Source: Archangium sp. (GTDB taxonomy: Bacteria > Myxococcota > Myxococcia > Myxococcales > Myxococcaceae). From it: 16,947 nt of DNA. Below, piece after piece: positions 1 to 7,272 of the stretch (positions are counted from its first letter, which is position 1; every line of letters begins with the position of its first letter). The notes under the pieces were generated by a model. It worked only from the letters and a program-made list of their open reading frames with translations. It ran no database searches and was not told the DNA's origin. Location: contig JANLPS010000105.1 of assembly GCA_031367385.1 (NCBI GenBank), positions 1-16,947 of the forward strand. Reading direction: 5' to 3'. Made by a program: the position numbers and the translations under genes.

Positions 1-1
1 C

Positions 2-169
2 AAGCAGGTTCACCGCTTCTACACATTGACCGACGAGACGCCCGACGACAGCTGCATGTTGCACGACGCCTACGACAAGCTCGTCACCACCGACGGCAAC
101 GCCTCGGTGCTCGAAGCCTTTCGCGCACAGTTCATCAGCACGCTCATCTTCAAGCGCCGCCTGCAGTAA
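2..169 (+). CDS. 3' end of a CDS entering from the left (partial). Unknown protein; weakly resembles C-termini of myxobacterial DUF1592/DUF1588/DUF1585-type proteins
   Basis: Frame 2 is open from the window edge to TAA at 167-169 with strong GC3 bias: KQVHRFYTLTDETPDDSCMLHDAYDKLVTTDGNASVLEAFRAQFISTLIFKRRLQ*. It is not in the ORF track. The family guess rests only on the RF..E..D.C.L...F.RR pattern. Confidence 0.7.
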   Translation, partial: KQVHRFYTLTDETPDDSCMLHDAYDKLVTTDGNASVLEAFRAQFISTLIFKRRLQ

Positions 170-175
170 GGGCCT

Positions 176-994
176 CTACGGCCGACGCCCTTCGAGCTGG
201 GCGAAATTATCGGGCGGCATCTGCACCGCCCCCAGGTGCCGGTTCGGCGCGACGGTGTGGCCGTGAAAGTCACTGCCCGCGGTGGGTATCAGGTCGAGCG
301 CCTTGCTCCAGCCGATGAACTTCTCGCGCAAGCTGGGCGCGTGATCGCTGTGAATCGCTTCGATGCCGTCGAGCCCGGCCTTCTTCATCTCGGCCATCTC
401 GAACTCCTGAATTCTCGACACGCCGGGGTGGGCGCAGGTCGCGGTGCCACCCGCTCCGTGAATCAGGGTGATGGCTTGCTCGATGCTGACCTCGAACCTC
501 GGCACCGCCGCCGGGCGCCCGTCGGCCAAGAACCGATCGAACGCCTCTTTGCTCGAACCGACGTAGTTCATCTCGATCAACACGCGGGCCAGGTGCGGCC
601 GCGCCAGGTGAGCCCCGGGGCCGGCCAGGTCGCGCACGTGCTGCATCGTGACGGGAAAACCCAGCTGCTGAATCTTCTCGACCATCAGCTCCATGCGCTT
701 CTCGCGCTCGATCTTCAGCTGGTCGGCGAAGGTGGCGAGGGCCGGGTTCGCAGGGTCGACGAAGTGCCCGAGAATGTGCACCTCGCGGCGGTTCATGATC
801 ACCGAGACCTCAATGCCGGCCACCAGGCGCATGCCGCGTTGCTCCGCTTGCCGCGTGCACTCGCCGATGTTGGCGACCGTGTCGTGATCGGTGACGGCGA
901 GGGTGGTGACTCCGGCGGCGTGGGCAAACCCCAGCAACTCCGCGGGCGTGTGCTCACCGTCGGAGGCGGTCGTGTGCGAGTGAAGGTCGATCAT
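176..994 (-). CDS. PHP-domain metal-dependent phosphoesterase (TrpH/YciV/RNase AM-like)
   Basis: Motifs IDLHSHTTASDG, AVTDHD, GIEVS, HILGH, RPHLAR, AHP and GSDFHG; 272 aa. Confidence 0.93.
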   Translation of the reverse strand: MIDLHSHTTASDGEHTPAELLGFAHAAGVTTLAVTDHDTVANIGECTRQAEQRGMRLVAGIEVSVIMNRREVHILGHFVDPANPALATFADQLKIEREKRMELMVEKIQQLGFPVTMQHVRDLAGPGAHLARPHLARVLIEMNYVGSSKEAFDRFLADGRPAAVPRFEVSIEQAITLIHGAGGTATCAHPGVSRIQEFEMAEMKKAGLDGIEAIHSDHAPSLREKFIGWSKALDLIPTAGSDFHGHTVAPNRHLGAVQMPPDNFAQLEGRRP

Positions 995-1017
995 GCTACA
1001 GGTGACTTAGCCCACCC

Positions 1018-1494
1018 ATGCAGCACGCACTCCAGATCTCCCGGAAGATCGAATACGGCACGCGGGCCATGGCCTTCATGGCGTCACTGCCCGATGGCAT
1101 GACCACGTCGTTTCGCGAGATCGCGCGAAAGATGGCCATACCCGAAGAGTTCTTGGCCAAGATCTTGAAAACACTCGTCAAAGCGCAGTTGGTGCGATCG
1201 ACGCGCGGCGCGCACGGTGGGTACAACCTGGGCCGCCCGCCCAGCCAGATCAGCTTTCTCGATGTGATCGAAGCCGTCGAAGGCCCGGTCAGCGTCAACC
1301 TCTGCACCGAACAAGACAAGAGCCAGATGGCCTGCAGCTTCAGCGGCGCGTGCACGATGCACCACGTCTGGCGTGAGGGCCAGGCGCGCATGCTCGAGGT
1401 CTACCGCGGCACCACGCTCGACAAGCTGGCGATGCGCAGCCTGGGCACCGGTCATGAATCTCCGGTGCTCACCGCGATGCGCGCCGCCGAGTAA
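1018..1494 (+). CDS. Rrf2-family transcriptional regulator with IscR-like Fe-S ligand set
   Basis: Winged HTH (EIARKMAIPEEFLAKILKTLVKAQLVRSTRGAHGGYNL), then DVIEAVEG and C96-x9-C106-x5-C112-x2-H115. Confidence 0.93.
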   Translation: MQHALQISRKIEYGTRAMAFMASLPDGMTTSFREIARKMAIPEEFLAKILKTLVKAQLVRSTRGAHGGYNLGRPPSQISFLDVIEAVEGPVSVNLCTEQDKSQMACSFSGACTMHHVWREGQARMLEVYRGTTLDKLAMRSLGTGHESPVLTAMRAAE

Positions 1495-1496
1495 CG

Positions 1497-3443
1497 CTAC
1501 TGGGTGATGTTCACCGTGAGCGTCGACGATGACGATTGCTGGCCCCGATCGTCGTACACGAACAACCCGACTCGGTAGACCGCCGCCGCTGACGTCACGG
1601 TGAGCGTGGTCGTCGACGAGGTGATCTGCAGATCGTTGTTCGCCAAATTCATACCGGTCACGTTCGGAGGCATTGGGTTGAGCAAGGTGAACTTGTACTT
1701 GGTCGCCGCCCGCTTGCTCCCCGCCATGCCTGGCACCGGGTCGTAGCTCGTCACACCGGAGATCGTGATCGTGTGCGCTCCGAGGGTCGCGAGCGAGGCG
1801 CTCATCGAAGAGGTCGAGCCCATCGCGCAGGTCGCATCGCTGGTCACCTGCATTGGCGTACACCCACGCAGCTCGGCAACCGGCAGCTCATCGAGCGGTG
1901 AAGCCGAGAGCAATTGCACCAGCTTCGCGTCTGCGAAATCGGAGTCATTCGACTCGATTCGCAGCTGGCCGACCTGCATGCCACCCGAGGCGGGCCGCTT
2001 GTAGGTCACGCTGGTTGCGACCGAAGCACCTGGCGCGAGCAGCGTGTTCGCAGGCACCGCAGTGCCCAGCTTGAAGAAGTTCGAGCTGTCGACCGAGACA
2101 CTGGAGATGGTCAAGTTGCCGCACCCCGTGCCGTTCTTGATCGTCACCGTCTGCGAGCTCTCATCGGTCGTCGGGTTGTTGAAGTTGACCGTGTTGAGCG
2201 GGTCGGTGGTGAGGCACGGCTTGCTGCCACCGAAGAGCGCGAGGGTGAAGCTGCCGGCGAGGGTGACTCCGTCGGGCAGGGTTATCTTCACTTCGAGCTG
2301 GTCGCTCACATAAAGCGGTGCGTCGGTGTAGGTCACCTCGAGCGTGGCCGAGCCCGCGACCGGTATCGTCGTGCCGGTGAACGGAGTGACGATCTTGAAG
2401 CGATCGCCCGAGCCACTGGTCTGGGTGCCGGTCGATTTGAAGGTCGTCGAGGCCACTTTGAGCGGAGCGTTGCCCTCATTGGTGAAGCGAAATTGCGCGC
2501 GGCCGCTGGTCTTGGTGGCGAAGCCGCAGCCATCGCTGGCGACGCTGAATTCGCACTTCGAGGGCACCACGTAGGCCGACGGCTTCACGCCTTGCCCTGA
2601 GAGCGCGACCAGAGTGCTCGGGTTGGTCGCGTCGTTCGAGGTGATGGTGAGCACCGCGTCGCGGCTGTTGTTGCCGGTGCCGTCATCGCTCGGGTTGAAC
2701 GCGATGGTGATGGTGATCTCATCGGTGCCGTCGGCGGTGCTCAGCAGCAACGGAGACGTCGCCGAGGGCAGGGTGGCGGGTGCGACAATCGAAAAGCCCT
2801 GCGTGTCTCCACGGTTCGAGGTGATGGCCAGCCCGGTCACCTTGAGCGCCGCGCAGCCCTTGTTGCGAAGCTTGAGCTGCCGAGTCACCGTCTTCGCGAA
2901 CAGCGTGTCGGGGAAACCGGCCTCGCAGTACACCGTCGGGTCGCAGGTGACGAAGGCGCTGCCATCGGCCTTTTGTGGGGCCGCCTCGACCGTCGGGGCC
3001 GCAGGCAGATTCTTGCCCTCGCCTGAGAGATCGACCGTCACGTTGGGGGTGCCATCGAATTGATCATCGATGGTCAGCAGCGCCTTGAACGCGCTGCGTT
3101 TGTCGGGTGAGAACGCGACCGAGACCTCGGCCGAATCGTTCGCGCCGATCGCGGTGGGCGTCGGCGCAACGACTGAAAAAGCCGCCGCGTCTTGCCCCGA
3201 AATCGTCAACTTGAGGCCCGAGCCGGTCTTCGCGCTGTTGGTGATGGTGATCTTCTGCGTGTCGGGAAAAACGTCGGCCACCGCGGCGTTGCCGTGCGTC
3301 TCGTCTTTGGTGGGGCAGGCCGAAAATGACGCCGCGGTTGGGGTGGCCCGGTAGTCGGGTTGGAGCGCGCTGGTGCCTGGGGCTTTGCAACCGATTGAGC
3401 CGATGACTGCGACAGCGACGAGAAGCGTGACGAATGTTTTCAA
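1497..3443 (-). CDS. Lipoprotein with about 4 tandem Ig-like (ASH/choice-of-anchor D type) domains and a C-terminal PKD-like domain
   Basis: TTG start preceded by GGAG. Signal peptide MKTFVTLLVAVAVIGSIG-C with lipobox. Repeated units of the form (I/L)xNxGxxxLx(V/I)...F...(V/I)xFxP...LxIxSND...VxLSGxG. Thr/Ser-rich. C-terminal ISGVTSYDP...YRVGLFVYDDRGQQS. Confidence 0.85.
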   Translation of the reverse strand: MKTFVTLLVAVAVIGSIGCKAPGTSALQPDYRATPTAASFSACPTKDETHGNAAVADVFPDTQKITITNSAKTGSGLKLTISGQDAAAFSVVAPTPTAIGANDSAEVSVAFSPDKRSAFKALLTIDDQFDGTPNVTVDLSGEGKNLPAAPTVEAAPQKADGSAFVTCDPTVYCEAGFPDTLFAKTVTRQLKLRNKGCAALKVTGLAITSNRGDTQGFSIVAPATLPSATSPLLLSTADGTDEITITIAFNPSDDGTGNNSRDAVLTITSNDATNPSTLVALSGQGVKPSAYVVPSKCEFSVASDGCGFATKTSGRAQFRFTNEGNAPLKVASTTFKSTGTQTSGSGDRFKIVTPFTGTTIPVAGSATLEVTYTDAPLYVSDQLEVKITLPDGVTLAGSFTLALFGGSKPCLTTDPLNTVNFNNPTTDESSQTVTIKNGTGCGNLTISSVSVDSSNFFKLGTAVPANTLLAPGASVATSVTYKRPASGGMQVGQLRIESNDSDFADAKLVQLLSASPLDELPVAELRGCTPMQVTSDATCAMGSTSSMSASLATLGAHTITISGVTSYDPVPGMAGSKRAATKYKFTLLNPMPPNVTGMNLANNDLQITSSTTTLTVTSAAAVYRVGLFVYDDRGQQSSSSTLTVNITQ

Positions 3444-3474
3444 AGCAAAAACTCCGATGAGTCGGCCGGGGGAA

Positions 3475-3488
3475 GCGGTGTATACCGC
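3475..3488. promoter_or_regulatory. Palindrome with overlapping -10-like hexamers between the divergent lipoprotein and DHS genes
   Basis: GCGGT-GTAT-ACCGC contains TATACC on + (3481-3486) and TATACA on - (3479-3484). Confidence 0.4.
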
Positions 3489-3496
3489 CCGCGCTC

Positions 3497-4666
3497 ATGG
3501 CTACCAAGACCCAGCAGAATCTTCGCAAACATTACGACAAGAGCCGCCGCGTCGACCCGAAGCCGATTACCGGCAAAGAGACCGCCGTCGAGCTGCTCGA
3601 GACCGCGTTCGGCGCCTACGTCGGCCGCCAAGAACGCACCGCTTTCGAGCTGATGCGCCGCTCCCTGACGGAGAATGCCGGTGTGTTCTTGACCCTTTCG
3701 GGCGCCATGACGCCGGCCGGGCTGCACCAGAGCTGCCTGATACCCCTGGTCGAGTCGGGCGCCATTTCGGCCATCACCACCACTGGCGCGAACCTGTACC
3801 ACGACGCGCACCGCGTCATTGGCCACGGCATCAAAGAAATCAACCCCAACGCGGGTGACCTCCAGTACCGGTTGGCGCGGGTCATTCGCATCTATGACCT
3901 CGGGTTCTGGGAGGAAGCGCTGCTCGACACCGATCGCCTGTTCTCGGCGATCATTCGCGGCCCCGAGTTTCAGAAGAAGATGACGACGCCTGAGTTTCAC
4001 TACCTGCTCGGCAAGAGCATCAACGCCATCGAGCAAGAGCTGGGCGTGAAACAGCCGTCACTGCTCTCGACCTGCTACCGCCGCGCGGTGCCGATCTGGG
4101 TCGGCGCGGTACAAGATGGGTCGATCTTCTTGAACGTGGTGAAGCTGCGAAAGTTGTTGGGCGACTCGTTCAAGTTCGAGCTCGACATCAACGATGACGT
4201 CTATTCGATGGCGGCGATGCAGCACTACTGCCGTCACAACTTCAACAACCGCCTCGCGATCTGGATCTTGGGCGGCGGCGTGCCGAAGAACTACACGCTG
4301 CAGGGCGAGCCGTTGCTCGACCAAATTCTCAACGTGCCGACCCAGGGCTTCGACATCGACGTGCAGTTCTGCGTCGACCCGGTCGACAACGGAGCGCTCT
4401 CGAGCTGCCCCGCTGGCGAAGGCCACACCTGGGGCAAGGTCTCGGTCGACGCGGTCGAGACGGGCTCGGTGTACGTGCACACCGACGTGACCGCGGTCTT
4501 CCCCTGGCTGGTGCATGCGCTGATGCAGCTCAAGGTGACGAAGCGAAAGCACTTTCGGCTGATGGACAAGATGAAAGACGCGATCGCCTTTCTCGACGCC
4601 GACGTGAAGAAGCGGCACAAAGACCTGATGACCACCATCGATTGGGACGTGTCGGAGGTGAAGTGA
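3497..4666 (+). CDS. Deoxyhypusine synthase-like protein (bacterial DHS family; probable polyamine/homospermidine pathway enzyme)
   Basis: Motifs LSGAMTPAGL, TTGANLYHD, RVIRIYD, LGGGVPKNY and GALSSCPAGEGHTWGKV, which contains the catalytic WGK lysine; 389 aa. Confidence 0.9.
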   Translation: MATKTQQNLRKHYDKSRRVDPKPITGKETAVELLETAFGAYVGRQERTAFELMRRSLTENAGVFLTLSGAMTPAGLHQSCLIPLVESGAISAITTTGANLYHDAHRVIGHGIKEINPNAGDLQYRLARVIRIYDLGFWEEALLDTDRLFSAIIRGPEFQKKMTTPEFHYLLGKSINAIEQELGVKQPSLLSTCYRRAVPIWVGAVQDGSIFLNVVKLRKLLGDSFKFELDINDDVYSMAAMQHYCRHNFNNRLAIWILGGGVPKNYTLQGEPLLDQILNVPTQGFDIDVQFCVDPVDNGALSSCPAGEGHTWGKVSVDAVETGSVYVHTDVTAVFPWLVHALMQLKVTKRKHFRLMDKMKDAIAFLDADVKKRHKDLMTTIDWDVSEVK

Positions 4667-5127
4667 ATCGCCAGAAGATGATCATCGGTGTAGCCGTCGC
4701 CGCGGCTGTCGTCGCGGTGGCGGTGACCCTGGTGGTCACGCAGAAGCCGCCCGAGCCGCGTGGGCTCAAGCCGAACTTCGCGGTTGGCTGTGCGATTGAC
4801 GACGTGGTGGTCGAGTGTGTGCAGGGCGCGAAGTTGGTGATTGAGCTGGCCCCGAATGGGTACGAGCACTTCGCCGCAGTAATGGTGCACCCCTCGGGTA
4901 CCGAGCAGTGGATTTACCCAAGGGCCGAAGGCGGCTCGAGCCTCGACTTGCGCAGCGTGGCGTCGAATGGCGTGATGAACGACGCGATCAAGCTCGATGG
5001 GCCGCCAGGTGAGTACCTGGTGAAGGGCGTCTTCGCCCACGCCCCGATGGATCGGGCGACCGCCAAAGAGGCCGTCGCGCAGACCGATTCATTCGAGGCC
5101 AGCACGGTGAAAATCAACCTGCCCTGA
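4663..5127 (+). CDS. Hypothetical membrane-anchored protein with a DUF4384-like exported beta domain
   Basis: GTG at 4663 overlaps the DHS stop (GTGA), giving 154 aa. N-terminal hydrophobic helix IIGVAVAAAVVAVAVTLVV, C-x8-C, and WIYP...IKLDGPPGEYLVKGVFAHAPM. Confidence 0.75.
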   Translation: MNRQKMIIGVAVAAAVVAVAVTLVVTQKPPEPRGLKPNFAVGCAIDDVVVECVQGAKLVIELAPNGYEHFAAVMVHPSGTEQWIYPRAEGGSSLDLRSVASNGVMNDAIKLDGPPGEYLVKGVFAHAPMDRATAKEAVAQTDSFEASTVKINLP

Positions 5128-5134
5128 GCCCGAG

Positions 5135-6211
5135 TTATTCGAAGGCCAGCGCTCGCTCGAAGTCAGCGCGATTCGTCGCCGCATCGAGGGCGACCTCTTG
5201 CGTGATCTGTTTGTTGCGAATCAGCTGCGCGAGGTGCCAATCGAAGGTCTGCGTGCCCAATAAATCGTGGTTTCGATCGAGAAAATCGACGATTTCATGG
5301 GTTCGCGCCGGGTCTTTGATGAATTCTTGAACCGAAAGCGTCGAGACCATGATCTCGGCAGCCGCGACTCGGCCCTTGCCCGAGGCATGCGGCAACAACC
5401 TCTGTGACACCGTCGCCTTCAAGTTCTCAGCGAGCCGGTTTCGCACCCCGGTCTGCGCCTCAGGGGGAAACACGCCGATGATGCGGCTGATCGTGCGGTA
5501 GCAATCAGTCGTGTGCACCGTCGAGAGCACCAGGTGACCCGTCTCGGCCGCCTTGATCGCCACCTCAATCGTCTCGGCATCGCGCATTTCACCGACCAGA
5601 ATCACGTCGGGGTCTTGCCGCAGGGCCGCGCGCAACGCATGCGTGAACGTCGTCGTGTCGGGGCCGATTTCTCGCTGCATCACCCGGCTGAATCGATCTT
5701 CGTGCACGAACTCAATCGGGTCTTCGATCGTCACCACGTGCTTGCGGTAGTGCGCGTTGATGTAATTCACCATCGCGGCCAGGGTCGACGACTTGCCCGA
5801 GCCCGTCACGCCCGTCACCAGAATCAGCCCACGCTCTTCTTGCGAGATCTTCTCGAGCACCTGCGGCATGCCCAGCTTCGCGAAGTCAGGCACCGTGAGG
5901 GGTATCGCTCGCATCACCGCGCCCAGGTGGCCCTTGTTGCGAAACAAGTTGGTGCGAAACCGGCCGACCCCGTCGAGCGCGTAGCTCGTGTCCCAGTCTT
6001 GCAGGTCGTCGATCACGCCCTTGTACCGGCCCTGACTCAAGATGTGCTTCGCGATGCGCATCGTGTCTTCGGGTTGCAGCGCGGGCACCTTGACCGGCAG
6101 CAACTGCCCGTTGACCCGCAGCGCCGGCGAAGAACCGACTTTGAAGTGAATGTCAGACGCGCCGTTCTTCACCGCGGCGCCGAGAAATTGGTTGAAGGTC
6201 GCCAGTTCCAT
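5135..6211 (-). CDS. pilT: PilT/PilU-family type IV pilus retraction ATPase paralog
   Basis: ASDIHF, GRFRTN, Walker A GVTGSGKSST, Asp box TIEDPIEF, ALRQDPDVILVGEMRD, His box GHLVLSTVHT and GTQTFD. The AIRNLIRE helix is diverged, so this is probably a paralog rather than the main PilT. Confidence 0.92.
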   Translation of the reverse strand: MELATFNQFLGAAVKNGASDIHFKVGSSPALRVNGQLLPVKVPALQPEDTMRIAKHILSQGRYKGVIDDLQDWDTSYALDGVGRFRTNLFRNKGHLGAVMRAIPLTVPDFAKLGMPQVLEKISQEERGLILVTGVTGSGKSSTLAAMVNYINAHYRKHVVTIEDPIEFVHEDRFSRVMQREIGPDTTTFTHALRAALRQDPDVILVGEMRDAETIEVAIKAAETGHLVLSTVHTTDCYRTISRIIGVFPPEAQTGVRNRLAENLKATVSQRLLPHASGKGRVAAAEIMVSTLSVQEFIKDPARTHEIVDFLDRNHDLLGTQTFDWHLAQLIRNKQITQEVALDAATNRADFERALAFE

Positions 6212-6220
6212 GAGAGCCCT

Positions 6221-6730
6221 TTAGCGAACGGAGACGGTGCCAGCTTGCGACTGGGCGAGGAGGGTGGTCGTGCGACGAAGCCGCTCAGACAAGGTGCGGC
6301 AAAACGAGCGGTACACCTTCACCGCGAGCTTCTCGTCGCTGCCCAGCAAGGCCTCGAATCGATCTCGGGGCATGCGCAAGAGCCGGCACTCCGTCACCGT
6401 CGAGACCCGCGCGCTGGTGAGCAGGTCATCGATGAGCGACATTTCTCCGAACAAGTCGCCTTCTTTCAAGCGGCCGATTTCTTCGCCGTGATCATGCGTG
6501 CCATCGGCGTTCGAATCGCGGCTCACCCGGCACTCGCCTTTGGCGATCACGTAGAGCGCGTTGCCCAGAGAGTGCTCTTCGATCACCACGCTGTTCGCGG
6601 GCACATCGAGGTAATCGATGATCTTGCCCAAGCGGGTCGTCTCGTCGAAGGTGAGCTTTTGAAAGAGGTGGAGCTTCTGCAGCAGCTCGACTCCCTCGAA
6701 TTCGCCAAAACCGGTCAGTTCGAGTTCCAC
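6221..6730 (-). CDS. Stand-alone cyclic-nucleotide-binding-fold protein (no HTH) with a degenerate phosphate-binding cassette
   Basis: LFQKLT, ALYVIAKGECRV, GDLFGEMSLI, SARVSTVTECRLL and a C-helix LSERLRRT; GTG start; 169 aa. Confidence 0.9.
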   Translation of the reverse strand: MELELTGFGEFEGVELLQKLHLFQKLTFDETTRLGKIIDYLDVPANSVVIEEHSLGNALYVIAKGECRVSRDSNADGTHDHGEEIGRLKEGDLFGEMSLIDDLLTSARVSTVTECRLLRMPRDRFEALLGSDEKLAVKVYRSFCRTLSERLRRTTTLLAQSQAGTVSVR

Positions 6731-6738
6731 GGCCGATG

Positions 6739-6744
6739 AACCTA
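6739..6744 (-). promoter_or_regulatory. Putative -10 element (TAGGTT) upstream of the cNMP-fold gene
   Basis: Minus strand reads TAGGTT-catcggcc-GTG with no Shine-Dalgarno sequence. Confidence 0.5.
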
Positions 6745-6762
6745 GCGCGAATCAGCTTTGGT

Positions 6763-7206
6763 TCAACGAAGCCGAAACACGCCGATGTGCGCCTGTTCGA
6801 AGCCGCACGAGGCCATGAAGGCCATCACCGCGTCGTCAACCCGGTCGAGCGAGTGAATCTCGAGCCGCTTCACCGACAACACCTTCGCCCGTTCGACCGC
6901 GCGCTTGAGCAGCTCGCGCCCGACGCCCTTGCGACGCCAGCTCTTGGCAACCACCAGCTCGTCGATCATCGCCGCGCGGCCACCGAGCTTCATCAGCGGG
7001 CGGTGCGAGAGCGAAATCACGCCGATCACCTTATCGAGCGAGTCGGCCGCGACCATCAACTCCATCTCGGGGTGACTGATGATCCAGGTGACTGCCGACG
7101 AGTCTCCCGCGGCTCCGACTTCGGCCAGCAACGTCACGATCGGCACCGCGTCGCCCCGCCGGGCCGGCCGAACCTTGAACGCTGGAGCCACCTGAGAAGG
7201 AGTCAC
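6763..7206 (-). CDS. GNAT-family N-acetyltransferase
   Basis: VRPARRGD start, IDELVV, acetyl-CoA motif WRRKGVGRELL and C-terminal CGF; 147 aa. Confidence 0.88.
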   Translation of the reverse strand: MTPSQVAPAFKVRPARRGDAVPIVTLLAEVGAAGDSSAVTWIISHPEMELMVAADSLDKVIGVISLSHRPLMKLGGRAAMIDELVVAKSWRRKGVGRELLKRAVERAKVLSVKRLEIHSLDRVDDAVMAFMASCGFEQAHIGVFRLR

Positions 7207-7214
7207 CAGCGCCG

Positions 7215-7220
7215 ACTCTA
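7215..7220 (-). promoter_or_regulatory. Putative -10 element (TAGAGT) of a near-leaderless GNAT transcript
   Basis: Minus strand reads TAGAGT-cggcgctg-GTG. Confidence 0.5.
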
Positions 7221-7272
7221 AGCACCTTTAGCCTCGGGTCCAGAAACCGGGACCTCCAGGTGTGACATGCGC

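Noticed and set aside
236..1102. 288-aa plus-strand ORF
   Set aside because: It is an antisense shadow of the PHP gene, with Arg/His/Gly-rich composition typical of GC-rich off-frame ORFs and no motifs.
3497..4666. Eukaryote/archaea-type eIF5A hypusination or horizontal transfer from a eukaryote
   Set aside because: Codon usage matches the neighbouring genes, DHS homologues are common in bacteria, and no substrate gene is nearby.
5513..6739. 408-aa plus-strand ORF
   Set aside because: It is antisense to pilT and the CNB gene, which carry clear family motifs.
6763..7206. GNAT toxin of a toxin-antitoxin pair
   Set aside because: There is no adjacent RHH/DUF1778 antitoxin gene, and the sequence looks like a generic small GNAT.
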